Part shown: one piece after another, positions 38,979 to 50,720 of the stretch
How positions within the stretch are numbered: the first letter of the stretch is position 1
How the letters are laid out: each line of letters starts with the position of its first letter
Assembly (NCBI GenBank): GCA_963718525.1
Contig: OY970355.1
Span: 2,944,001-3,008,000, forward strand
Direction: 5' to 3'
Source: Candidatus Dormiibacterota bacterium
Lineage (GTDB): Bacteria; Chloroflexota; Dormibacteria; Aeolococcales; Aeolococcaceae
Length of the DNA: 64,000 nt
The notes under the pieces: generated by a model
Seen by the model: the letters and a program-made list of their open reading frames with translations, nothing else
The model's database searches: none
Told to the model about the DNA's origin: nothing
Position numbers and translations under genes: made by a program

Positions 38979-41363
38979 ATGCGGCGGCCTGTGGCCACCG
39001 TGAGGATCACACCAGGCAGTGCACCCGGCGCGCTCGTGCTGCCGGAGGGCTCAGCCTTGCGCCGACTCGCCCCGCGGATCCCGGCCAATCGACGCCGCTG
39101 GCCCCGGGGAGTGATGGTCCTCGGGCTGGTCACCGGCGTTCTCACCCTGCTGTATCTCGGGTCGACGGTCCTTCGCAGGCCCGGCACGTCCGATTACTTC
39201 TTTGATGTCTGGGTCGCCAATCTCGGGTACGCGGGGTGCGCGACCCTGTGCGCCTGGCGGGCGATCGCTCGACGTCGCGGGCGCTGGGGCTGGGGGGCTC
39301 TGGCGGTCGGCCTCTGGTTCTTCACCGCGGGATCGGTCCTCTGGACCGCCTGGGTGCAGTACTTCGTCCCTCTCCCGTACCCCTCGATCTCCGACGCCTG
39401 CTTCCTTTCGTTCTTCGTGTTCGCGTTCCCGGGCATCGGCCTCCTGGTCCGCGAGACCGTCCCACACACCTCGAAGACCATCTGGGTCGACGGTCTGATC
39501 GCCGCTCTCGGGGTCGCCGCACTCGAGTCCACCCTGGTGATCGGTCCGATCATCAACGCGAGCACTGCGGGTGGCTTCGGAACCCTCGCGACGAACATCG
39601 CGTATCCGATCGGCGACATGGTCCTCGTCACCATGGTGGTCGCGGTCTTTGCCGTTCGAGGCTGGCGGCCGGGACGCCTCTGGTGGACGCTCGGCGCCGG
39701 ACTCGTTGTGTTCGCGGCCGCAGACAGCATCTTTGTGCTGCGCGTGACCTCGAACAACTACGTCACGGGAACCCCACTGGACAGCCTGTGGCTCATCGGC
39801 GCCTTTCTCATGGCCTTCGCCGCCTGGCAGGGCATGGGGATGTCGGCTGCACGGAGCACGACGATCATTCGGCCAACCAACGTCGTTCCGGTCCTGTTCC
39901 TGCTCAGCTCGCTGGGAATCGTGGTGTATGCGGCTGGACGATCGATCTCCCTCGGCGTGGTCCTCGCCGTCGCAACGCTCCTGATCGCCATCGCCCGGTC
40001 CGCATATGCGTTTCGACAGCTGCGCGCGCTCGCCGACAGCCGGCGCGAGGCCCGAACGGACGAACTGACCGGCCTGCCCAACCGCCGGCTGTTCTTCGAG
40101 AGTCTCGCCGCATGCCTCGAACTTGGGGCCTTGGAAACGACCGCGGTGCTCATGATCGACCTTGATCGCTTCAAGGAGATCAACGACAGCCTCGGACACC
40201 ACGTCGGTGATGACGTGCTGCGCCAGCTCGGCCCGCGTCTCACCGCCGCGGTGGGCAGCACAGCGACGGTGGCACGCCTGGGAGGGGATGAATTCGGCTT
40301 GATCCTCTCCCCACTCGTCAATACCGCCGAGGCGACCGGGGCCGCGGAACGAGTTCGTGAGGCCCTGCGGCAGCCGTTTCAACTCGAGGGCATGAGCCTT
40401 CGAGTCGATGCGAGCATCGGGATCGCTCTCGCGCCCGACCACGGCACCACTCCAGAGAGCGTGCTGCAGAAGGCGGATGTCGCCATGTTCGCCGCAAAGC
40501 ACGCGCATGTCCCGTGGGAGATCTACTCGTCAGAGCATGACCAGAATGCGCTGAACCGGCTCGAGCTCATGGAAGACTTGCGCGATGCGTTGCGTCGTCA
40601 CGAGATCGTGCTGCACTACCAACCGATCCTCGACCTGACATCGGGCACCGTCACGGGCGCAGAGGCGCTGGCGCGATGGCAGCACCCCTCACGCGGACTC
40701 CTTCCACCGGGCGTGTTCCTCGGATTGATCACGGATGCAGGGCTCATGGGTCCGTTCACCATGGACGTGCTCGATCAGGCATTGGTCCAGCAGGCCACCT
40801 GGTCTGAGCGGGGATATGACCTCGGTGTCTCGGTCAACATCTCCGCGGCCAGTCTTCGTGACGAGGATCTCCCCGACAAGATTGCCGCGCGAATCGCCGC
40901 GCGCCACGTGAGACCCGCGCGCATCACGCTCGAGATCACCGAGGACTGCTTCATCGCAGACCCCGAGCAGGCGATGCTTGTCCTGGAGCGGTTGCGCGCT
41001 CTTGGCGTCGAGCTCTCGATCGACGACTTCGGTACCGGCTTCTCGTCGCTCACGTACATCCGCCGGCTGCCGGTCAGTGAGCTGAAGCTCGACCGAACCT
41101 TCCTGACCGGCGCACCGCAGGATGCTCGGGCTGTGGCGGTGATTCGCTCCACGGTCGGCCTGGCTCACGCACTCGGATTGCGCATCGTCGCCGAGGGCAT
41201 CGAAACGCTCGATGCACTCGAGCTGGTCGACCGCTTGGGCTGTGACGCAGCGCAGGGCTACCTCATCGGCCGACCCGCGCCCGCCGAGGACTTTGATGTC
41301 AGTGCCGCTGCCCAAGAGGCACGGGTTGACGCGGAGTACGTCTCCGCCACGGTCACTTCATAG
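38979..41363 (+). CDS. Membrane-bound diguanylate cyclase/phosphodiesterase (GGDEF-EAL)
   Basis: Multi-TM N-terminus; DELTGLPNRR, RLGGDEF, EAL, EITE, DDFGTGFSSL, AEGIE, QGY; start uncertain. Confidence 0.93.
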   Translation: MRRPVATVRITPGSAPGALVLPEGSALRRLAPRIPANRRRWPRGVMVLGLVTGVLTLLYLGSTVLRRPGTSDYFFDVWVANLGYAGCATLCAWRAIARRRGRWGWGALAVGLWFFTAGSVLWTAWVQYFVPLPYPSISDACFLSFFVFAFPGIGLLVRETVPHTSKTIWVDGLIAALGVAALESTLVIGPIINASTAGGFGTLATNIAYPIGDMVLVTMVVAVFAVRGWRPGRLWWTLGAGLVVFAAADSIFVLRVTSNNYVTGTPLDSLWLIGAFLMAFAAWQGMGMSAARSTTIIRPTNVVPVLFLLSSLGIVVYAAGRSISLGVVLAVATLLIAIARSAYAFRQLRALADSRREARTDELTGLPNRRLFFESLAACLELGALETTAVLMIDLDRFKEINDSLGHHVGDDVLRQLGPRLTAAVGSTATVARLGGDEFGLILSPLVNTAEATGAAERVREALRQPFQLEGMSLRVDASIGIALAPDHGTTPESVLQKADVAMFAAKHAHVPWEIYSSEHDQNALNRLELMEDLRDALRRHEIVLHYQPILDLTSGTVTGAEALARWQHPSRGLLPPGVFLGLITDAGLMGPFTMDVLDQALVQQATWSERGYDLGVSVNISAASLRDEDLPDKIAARIAARHVRPARITLEITEDCFIADPEQAMLVLERLRALGVELSIDDFGTGFSSLTYIRRLPVSELKLDRTFLTGAPQDARAVAVIRSTVGLAHALGLRIVAEGIETLDALELVDRLGCDAAQGYLIGRPAPAEDFDVSAAAQEARVDAEYVSATVTS

Positions 41364-41515
41364 CCGGAGGTATTCCCCTGGCTGCCGGCCGCAATCCACG
41401 CGCGGCCGGTCGCACAGGACACGACGTTCAGCCCCGATGCGTACTGTGTGCCGATCGGATTCGGGGTCGGCTGGATCCGCCCGAGAGGTGCCTCGCCGCC
41501 CGACCCGCCTACTTA

Positions 41516-41533
41516 CCGTGGCAGAACTTGTAC
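41516..41533. repeat. att direct repeat (displaced original secA 3' end)
   Basis: CCGTGGCAGAACTTGTAC; minus strand 41532-41509 reads YKFCHGK*. Confidence 0.9.
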
Positions 41534-41583
41534 ATCCGTCAGTCGGCCCAAAACAACAGGACTAGCAGCACTTTCTCCGCCTC

Positions 41584-41603
41584 TACCCTCATCAAAACCC
41601 TCA
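41584..41603. repeat. Putative integrase arm-type sites, left end
   Basis: TACCCTCA-tcaa-AACCCTCA, same arrangement as 46676-46695. Confidence 0.7.
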
Positions 41604-42371
41604 AACCGGCCGCACCCCGCGCTCCACAATCTCGCGCAAGGCGGACACCTTCCAGACAAACCCCAAGTCAGACTCCTGATTCACACGCCCCGAGTAAACC
41701 CCAAGCAGTCGCTCGACAGAACCGGCGAACACGGCGACACCGCCGCTGCGCATTGCAACAGCGCCACCTCCGCTGTAGAAGATCACCGGCGACCCGGACT
41801 GTCCCGCCCGGGTCCGGCTGTCCACCAGATACAGCGGCAACCCATCGAATTCGACAGCAGGCTCAGTAGCAATACTCCCGCGCGACCAAATTCCTAATGA
41901 CCCGCCACCGCTCAGACCAAACGGGAACCCAATGATGAACACCCCCTCCGCAACACCTGCAGCAATTTCCGGCTCGACAGTCCAGGGATCGTGTCGGTAG
42001 AGCTCCACATCGTCCATCGAGGAGAGCGGCAACGCGACGACGTCCACGCGGCGCCCAAAATCAGGGTGCTCCCGCCACAAAGGCTGACCCGCGCCATTGT
42101 ATAGCGGGTCGGCGACCTCCCTCCACTGTCCGAGACGATCCTTCACATTGTGCATCGTCCTCAGTTCGCTCGGCACCGCCCCAGACGAGTGAAGCGGCTG
42201 ATTGGTTCGCGGATCCCTCCCACTGACAACGTGCCAGTTCGTTATCAGGTAGTTCACACCGTTCCAGCCTACTGCGAAGCCCGTTGCGCTACCAAGTACA
42301 TTGGAACCCGCTATCGCACGGATTAACAACGACGCCACCGAGGGGCGGGCGATCGCGCTGTCTGCCGTCAC
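41601..42371 (-). CDS. Trypsin-like serine protease, no signal peptide
   Basis: ATGF, ITNWHVV (His), VDVV (Asp), GQSGSPV (Ser). Confidence 0.88.
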   Translation of the reverse strand: MTADSAIARPSVASLLIRAIAGSNVLGSATGFAVGWNGVNYLITNWHVVSGRDPRTNQPLHSSGAVPSELRTMHNVKDRLGQWREVADPLYNGAGQPLWREHPDFGRRVDVVALPLSSMDDVELYRHDPWTVEPEIAAGVAEGVFIIGFPFGLSGGGSLGIWSRGSIATEPAVEFDGLPLYLVDSRTRAGQSGSPVIFYSGGGAVAMRSGGVAVFAGSVERLLGVYSGRVNQESDLGFVWKVSALREIVERGVRPV

Positions 42372-42405
42372 GCGCTAAGCCGGCTCTGAGCGAATGGGCA
42401 TGTCG

Positions 42406-43488
42406 TCACTCTGCTGCCACCACCACACGAACGGCCGGGCCGAAGCGAGCGTTGATACGGTCCACCATTGCCGCCGTCCCCGACGCGTCAGCATGCGCAT
42501 ACGTGTTGTACGTGAATCCCGGCGACGCATGGCCTAGCATCTTCGAGACTAACTGAATCGGCACCCCATCGCCGATCGCGAGGGTAGCAGCCGAATGCCT
42601 AAGATCATGAAAACGGACACGTCGGATTCCTGCCCGTTCGCACATCACGAGCCATCGTTTGTAGAACGTCGACCGCGCCATCGGTTCCGCGTCTGTCCCC
42701 GGCCAGATCAATGCCCCACGGCGAGGCGTCCGCCTAAGCGCGCTAACGCATCGATCCGACAGCTCAAGAGTCCGCCGCCCCGTCGCCGTCTTGGGCGATG
42801 TGACCACCCGACGCCCCTCCTCATCCACGGTCGCCGTGCCGGCCACGCGGAGCGTACGCCGCGCCAGATCTACATGCTCCCACCGCAGTCCAAGAAGCTC
42901 GCCCTCACGAAGGCCATGCAGCGCCGCGAGCGCGTACGCGGCCTCGAACGGATCACCTTCAGCAGCGTCAAGCAACCGCTCAACTTCAGCCCAGCTAAGC
43001 GTCGTAATCTCGTGCTTAGTGCTCCTCGGTTTATCAACGGCCTGAAGTGCGGAGCTAACCCGGTATCCACGCTTGCGCGCAGAGTTAAGAGCGATCGCCA
43101 ACGTCCGCTGAATCTGGCCCACTGTGTTGCCCGTCACCCGGCGTGCCGCGGTTGCGTGGAGCTTGTCGATGTGGTCGGGCTTCAGTACGTCAAGCCGCAC
43201 ATCACCTATTGCGGGAACGATGTGTATTCGGCCGTGCCGCTCATATGTTGCCCAGGTCGAAGCCGCCACAGTCCCTCGGATGAGATCAAGCCATCGCGCG
43301 AACCAATCGCGGACACTTGGTGACTGGGACGCGACGAACCGACGCTCCCTCTTTGCCTGGTCCGCCTTCGCCTGCGCCTCGGCCTGCGTCCGCCCGTAGA
43401 CGCTGATCTGCTGACCGGCCACCCTTACGCGGCACTCCCAGCGGTTACCTCGCCGCCGCATAGTTCCTGTCCCGCGACGCTGCCGCAT
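42406..43488 (-). CDS. Tyrosine recombinase/integrase
   Basis: GLREGELLGLRW (R), PKT (K), FHDLRH (HxxR), LGH, TYAH (Y); N-terminal arm-binding domain. Confidence 0.96.
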   Translation of the reverse strand: MRQRRGTGTMRRRGNRWECRVRVAGQQISVYGRTQAEAQAKADQAKRERRFVASQSPSVRDWFARWLDLIRGTVAASTWATYERHGRIHIVPAIGDVRLDVLKPDHIDKLHATAARRVTGNTVGQIQRTLAIALNSARKRGYRVSSALQAVDKPRSTKHEITTLSWAEVERLLDAAEGDPFEAAYALAALHGLREGELLGLRWEHVDLARRTLRVAGTATVDEEGRRVVTSPKTATGRRTLELSDRCVSALRRTPRRGALIWPGTDAEPMARSTFYKRWLVMCERAGIRRVRFHDLRHSAATLAIGDGVPIQLVSKMLGHASPGFTYNTYAHADASGTAAMVDRINARFGPAVRVVVAAE

Positions 43489-43502
43489 GATTGCCGCCGA
43501 TC

Positions 43503-43751
43503 CTAGCGCCTCACCCGCACCCACGTCCTGGCCGGCCACGGCACCCCTTCGACTGGATCGGTCGCGTGATCTACATAGGCGTTCAGGTCGGCCAAACGAT
43601 AGCGGACGAGCCGACTGCTGATCTGAGTCTTTGGGATGCAGCCCGATCGAACCAGGCGCTTCAGCGTACTAGTGCTACACGCCAAATACAGGGCGGCCTC
43701 ATCAACCCTAAGGAGTTCCGAGCGCACCGCGGGGCCACCTTCTAGATTCAC
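43503..43751 (-). CDS. Excisionase-like HTH protein
   Basis: LLRVDEAALYLACSTSTLKRLVRSGCIP...VRYRLADL; lies between rep and int. Confidence 0.85.
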   Translation of the reverse strand: MNLEGGPAVRSELLRVDEAALYLACSTSTLKRLVRSGCIPKTQISSRLVRYRLADLNAYVDHATDPVEGVPWPARTWVRVRR

Positions 43752-44839
43752 GATGCTCCCACGCCAGCGCCATCGCTAAGGATGGCGGCCGGCTCGCCCG
43801 AGGCCCCGTCGGGAGCAAGGCCCGCGAGCAGCCGCAACTGCCCCACCGTAAGCCGACGAGCTCCGGAGTTGAGCAGCTCACGCACAAACTCAACCCCATA
43901 CCCGAGCTCGACAAGCGCGAGCGACGGTGCAACTTGCTTATAGAGCCACATTGCTATTTGCTCCAGCCCGTCCTCCTTCGACGGCAACCGCAGCATCGCG
44001 CGCTCGGCATCCCCAATGATCGACGCCCACCAATCGAGAAGCTCGGCGCGATCCCCCCGCGACCCGTCTTTCCGCTGCGTGAAGTCCACGAGGCCCCGGA
44101 TCGTTCCGAGCACGTGATTCCCTAGCCTCTCGCCCGCTGCCACGGCGCCCTGGAGAAACGAACCGGCACGCTCATCCCGGAGCTGTACCTCCCACCGTAC
44201 GCCCGCCCCTGCGACGCCCGACTCGGCAGCTTTGTCGTAGACGCGGATCAGGGCCAGCGACTTGACCGAACCAAGATATGTGCTTGCTCCAGCGGCTTCT
44301 AATGCTCCCGGACCTCGTCTCACAAACGTCTGTACTTCGCGGACACGAGTTAGATGCGTAAGTGTGAGTCGCTTACGGAAGGCGTCGGCCACTGTCCCAG
44401 GCTCTGCGCGCCGCAGCCGGTCGTCGTAGTAGCCGTCCACCCGTGTTACGTGCGCCTCCAGCCCGACCACCTGCCTAGCCAGCTCAATGCCAGCCTTTCC
44501 GCCCAGGACGTCGAACCCCGACTGCCGAATCTCCAGGTACGTCTCTTTGGCACCTGGCCGTGTCCGCGGCGACCACGCGAGGAACGCCCAATGGCCCACT
44601 TCGGCGGACGATCGATACCAGCGGTTTCCACCATCCCGGTCTTCCGGCATGGAGCCGAACGCACCACCCACAAGGGCGGCAACGTCAGGAGAGCTCATGC
44701 TCCGTATCGTTGCCTGAAGCCATCCAAGTCCTACGGTTGTCATTTCCACCCCCGTGTTACCCATCGGGGGTTCTGCTTTTGTCGGCTCTAAAGGCACAGG
44801 CCGAAGCCTAGCACAAGGAGATGCTTTTGTCCGCTCCAA
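43748..44839 (-). CDS. Rep_trans family replication initiator / MOBT relaxase
   Basis: TRVDGYYDD, TYLGS...IRVYDK, RWEVQL; start may be 44743. Confidence 0.85.
   Translation of the reverse strand: MERTKASPCARLRPVPLEPTKAEPPMGNTGVEMTTVGLGWLQATIRSMSSPDVAALVGGAFGSMPEDRDGGNRWYRSSAEVGHWAFLAWSPRTRPGAKETYLEIRQSGFDVLGGKAGIELARQVVGLEAHVTRVDGYYDDRLRRAEPGTVADAFRKRLTLTHLTRVREVQTFVRRGPGALEAAGASTYLGSVKSLALIRVYDKAAESGVAGAGVRWEVQLRDERAGSFLQGAVAAGERLGNHVLGTIRGLVDFTQRKDGSRGDRAELLDWWASIIGDAERAMLRLPSKEDGLEQIAMWLYKQVAPSLALVELGYGVEFVRELLNSGARRLTVGQLRLLAGLAPDGASGEPAAILSDGAGVGAS
44748..44771 (-). other. Putative oriT/double-strand origin nick hairpin
   Basis: Minus strand ACCCCCG-ATGGGTAACA-CGGGGGT; resembles ICEBs1/Tn916 nic (ACCCCC...TAACA..GGGGGT) at the 5' end of the relaxase gene. 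Confidence 0.75.
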
Positions 44840-44914
44840 AGCATCCTGGCCTGGCCTCGTCCGGGCAGCTCGCGAGACCTTTCCTCCTCGCGGATCAAAC
44901 CTTTCGTGCGATCG

Positions 44915-45295
44915 TCAGTAGGTCGCTCGTGCCGCGCTGTCGGGGCCGGTCTCGACGCGTCCTGCCAGACGCGTCGTACCCGAGCCGACCGCTCGCCGCT
45001 TCCGCGGCCGGACGACGACCTCGACCTGATCTGGATCCTCTAGAAACACTGTCAGCATGTCCTTCGCATCGAGCTCCAGGAGCAGCATCTCAATGGCTAG
45101 ACGCACGATCTTGCCCATCGGCACGTCGCGCCCCTGGGCTTTCGCCCCCTCCGCTGCGTTCTTAAGCTTCGCGTGAAACTCGGGCGAGACCCGGATCGTC
45201 AGGCGCTCCAGCCCATTAACGCTAACCGGCCGGCCGCCCTTCTTACCCGCGGCTACCTTCACCGGGTCCTTCTCGCGCTGATCCTTGTTAGGCAT
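44915..45295 (-). CDS. Putative ribbon-helix-helix regulator
   Basis: ERLTIRVSPEFHAKLKNAA...MGKIVRLAIE beta-alpha-alpha pattern upstream of rep. Confidence 0.6.
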   Translation of the reverse strand: MPNKDQREKDPVKVAAGKKGGRPVSVNGLERLTIRVSPEFHAKLKNAAEGAKAQGRDVPMGKIVRLAIEMLLLELDAKDMLTVFLEDPDQVEVVVRPRKRRAVGSGTTRLAGRVETGPDSAARATY

Positions 45296-45458
45296 CTGCT
45301 TATGAGCCTACCAAAGCAGAGGGCTTAGGTGAGTCACGTTTTGTGATCGGTGCCTAATTTCAGCGTGACAATGCACGGGGACGCGACCCGCACTCATAGC
45401 GCCTCACTCCTGGTCTCCGCCGCCGAGCGCTTCCCCTGGGCGCATAGAATCGATTGGC

Positions 45459-45923
45459 ATGGACCGGTCCAGAGGCCCCTACCTCATCCACGCTGTGGTG
45501 TGCGAGCGAGTGCTCCAAGAGCAAGACGGCGTGTTGAGCCTAATCCGGGTCATTGATCGAATCACAGCGCTGACGATCCAATACGCTGGCCCCGGCGCCC
45601 CGGCGTTCTCTCCTCCTCCGCCACCTGCCTCGACTTCCGTGACATTCGCTCTCGGCTTCCGCTCCGGAGACTTCCAGGGGACCCTCCCGCTTCGCCTAAG
45701 AATCGACACCCCCTCGGGCTTGAAGCTACCCGAGGTTCAATTGTCGGTCCTCTTCGAAGGAGCCGATCGGGGCGCTAACGTGATCCTCCCCATGCAGTTC
45801 CCCTTGCAGGAGGAGGGACTCCACTGGTTTACCGTAGAGCTTGGCGGCGATGCGGTCACCCGAGTCCCATTGAGAGTCATCCGACAGACTGCGATCCAGA
45901 CCGTCCCCCCGCAGATTGGATAG
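45459..45923 (+). CDS. DUF6941-like beta-rich protein
   Basis: AVVCERV..E.DGVLSLIRVIDRI...EEGLHWFTV...RVPLRV; TAGAAT 8 nt upstream of ATG. Confidence 0.6.
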   Translation: MDRSRGPYLIHAVVCERVLQEQDGVLSLIRVIDRITALTIQYAGPGAPAFSPPPPPASTSVTFALGFRSGDFQGTLPLRLRIDTPSGLKLPEVQLSVLFEGADRGANVILPMQFPLQEEGLHWFTVELGGDAVTRVPLRVIRQTAIQTVPPQIG

Positions 45924-45937
45924 GGAAACGCCTGCCT

Positions 45938-46216
45938 TCAGGCCGCAATCGCCACAGGCGACAGGTATTCATCGAGAACCCGTGGCGTTGCGATCACTCC
46001 CGTCCTGACCTCCCCACGATCAAACCACAGCGATTGCGCTAATAGTTCGTGCCCCGAAAGGGTCCATTTGCCCGCGCGGTCAACTAGGGAGAGGTCATCG
46101 GTTGCGTCGGCTCCTTGGTCCAAGGCCAAGCTCCGCAGCCATCCCATGGCGTCATCGACCATCGGAAAGACGGCTAGCCGGTTCCGGCTTAGCAGACCCC
46201 ACACTTCATATCTCAT
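45938..46216 (-). CDS. Hypothetical protein, candidate antitoxin/partner
   Basis: MRYEVW...NRLAVF..; overlaps the upstream gene by 11 nt. Confidence 0.6.
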   Translation of the reverse strand: MRYEVWGLLSRNRLAVFPMVDDAMGWLRSLALDQGADATDDLSLVDRAGKWTLSGHELLAQSLWFDRGEVRTGVIATPRVLDEYLSPVAIAA

Positions 46217-46550
46217 CGTCTAACGGTACCTCATGAACGGCCCAAACGCTGCGAACGGCCCCCAGGAGCTGATCTGGGGCAACCCCGTGAAGTCCAACGT
46301 GCCCGGTTTCCTCATCGTAACTGTTGATCAGATCCTCTGCGATCTCCATCCGCGCAATGAACCCACCTAGCCTAGGTAGCAATTGCGCCATTTCCATGCC
46401 TCGCCGCGCCGTGTCGAACGTGCTGACCTCCGCCCAGTGGACACGGTCTTCATCGGTCAGGGGCCTACGCGGCTTCGCACCCAGCGCCTCCTGGCTCTTC
46501 ATATCCTCTTCGATAGGCGGATTGTTCTGACAGATCCGATAGACGTGCAT
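46206..46550 (-). CDS. Hypothetical protein, candidate ART-fold toxin
   Basis: VYR...VSTF...GH motif spacing; TATCCT 7 nt upstream of ATG. Confidence 0.6.
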   Translation of the reverse strand: MHVYRICQNNPPIEEDMKSQEALGAKPRRPLTDEDRVHWAEVSTFDTARRGMEMAQLLPRLGGFIARMEIAEDLINSYDEETGHVGLHGVAPDQLLGAVRSVWAVHEVPLDDEI

Positions 46551-46675
46551 CGTATCGAGGATATCTAACCGTCTGGATGCTGTACGCCGCCAGTCGCGCC
46601 TCCCCTCGCTCGCCCATGTCTAGCCGCACGACTCAGTCCCGGTAATCTTGGCCATGACCTCGGCGCTCGCAGCTA

Positions 46676-46695
46676 TACCCTCACAGGAACCCTCA
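46676..46695. repeat. Putative integrase arm-type sites, right end
   Basis: TACCCTCA-cagg-AACCCTCA (plus TAGCCTCG at 46701-46708). Confidence 0.7.
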
Positions 46696-46770
46696 TTCTC
46701 TAGCCTCGGGTGCCTCTCTCTGGCCGTCTATGACACCTCCACGAATTCGGCGCCCCAAAGAGCGACTACG

Positions 46771-49716
<2,946 letters not shown>

Positions 49717-49746
49717 GGTCCATTCCATTCTGGCAGCCCTGGCCAC

Positions 49747-50385
49747 TTACGGCACCACGGCCGCCACCACGACGTCGACGAGCGAAGCGCCCGCCTGAAC
49801 CAGTGCTGAGGCGGCGGCCGCGGCGGTTGCCCCGGTCGTCAAGACGTCATCGACGAGCCAGAGATACCCGCCCTGGAGGTCGTCGCCGGACCAGGCGAAC
49901 GCTCCGTTCACGTTTCCGCGCCGGGTCGCCTCGTCTCGGGCGCTCTGCGGCGGTGTGTCGCGGATCCTGACGAGGTCATCAAGCACGAGGACGTCTCGGG
50001 CCTCGCCAATGACCTCTGCGATCACCAGGGACTGGTTGTAGCCGCGCTGCCGACGCCGGCGCGCGCCCAGCGGCACGGCCACCACGGCGTCTGGCGTGAA
50101 GAGGCGCGGGCCGCCCAGACGGCTCGAGGTCATGGCGGCCAGTTCCCGCAGCACCTGGCGGTCGCCGCCGTACTTGCCCCGATGGAGCGCGGCTCGGATC
50201 GGTTCGACGAACTCGAACCCCGCGAAGGCGCTACCGGCCTCCATCCGGCGCGCCGCCGGGATCGGCATCGCGGTCAGGGCGGCGGCGCACCCGGGGCAGA
50301 TCGGTTGATCGGCGACCGCCTCACACCCGGCGCAGCGCCGCGGGGCAACCGCGTCGAGCAGGAGCCTGGCGAGGGCGGCGAGCAT
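49747..50385 (-). CDS. comF: ComF family phosphoribosyltransferase
   Basis: CAGC...CPGC, RGYNQS, LVDDVLTTGAT. Confidence 0.9.
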   Translation of the reverse strand: MLAALARLLLDAVAPRRCAGCEAVADQPICPGCAAALTAMPIPAARRMEAGSAFAGFEFVEPIRAALHRGKYGGDRQVLRELAAMTSSRLGGPRLFTPDAVVAVPLGARRRRQRGYNQSLVIAEVIGEARDVLVLDDLVRIRDTPPQSARDEATRRGNVNGAFAWSGDDLQGGYLWLVDDVLTTGATAAAAASALVQAGASLVDVVVAAVVP

Positions 50386-50452
50386 GGGTTCAGGTATGCG
50401 GGGTCGGGGGCGACGCCGCCGGGACAGTGCCGCCTGAAAGCGTCGTCAGTCG

Positions 50453-50710
50453 TCAGCTGTCCTCACCGAACGCGTCGAGGGCCGTCTGCATGCAGGAGAT
50501 CAGCTCGCGCGCCGAGGCAATGCTCAGCTCCAACGCGACACGCTCACTCACGGGACGATCCGCATTGACGAAATCGACGAGCAGCGCGTGGTCCAGGGTC
50601 GCGTGGGAGGGATGGTCCACGGAGACGACAGCCGTGCTGATTGGGGTCCAGGCGCCGGCCGCCTTGGCGCTGCCTGTGAGCGCCGCCTTCTCAACGATGT
50701 ACGAGCACAT
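50453..50710 (-). CDS. DUF6295-like small protein
   Basis: MCSYI...GSAK...W...VDHPSHA..DHAL..DF...RVALELS; GGAG RBS. Confidence 0.65.
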   Translation of the reverse strand: MCSYIVEKAALTGSAKAAGAWTPISTAVVSVDHPSHATLDHALLVDFVNADRPVSERVALELSIASARELISCMQTALDAFGEDS

Positions 50711-50720
50711 GAATCGTCTC

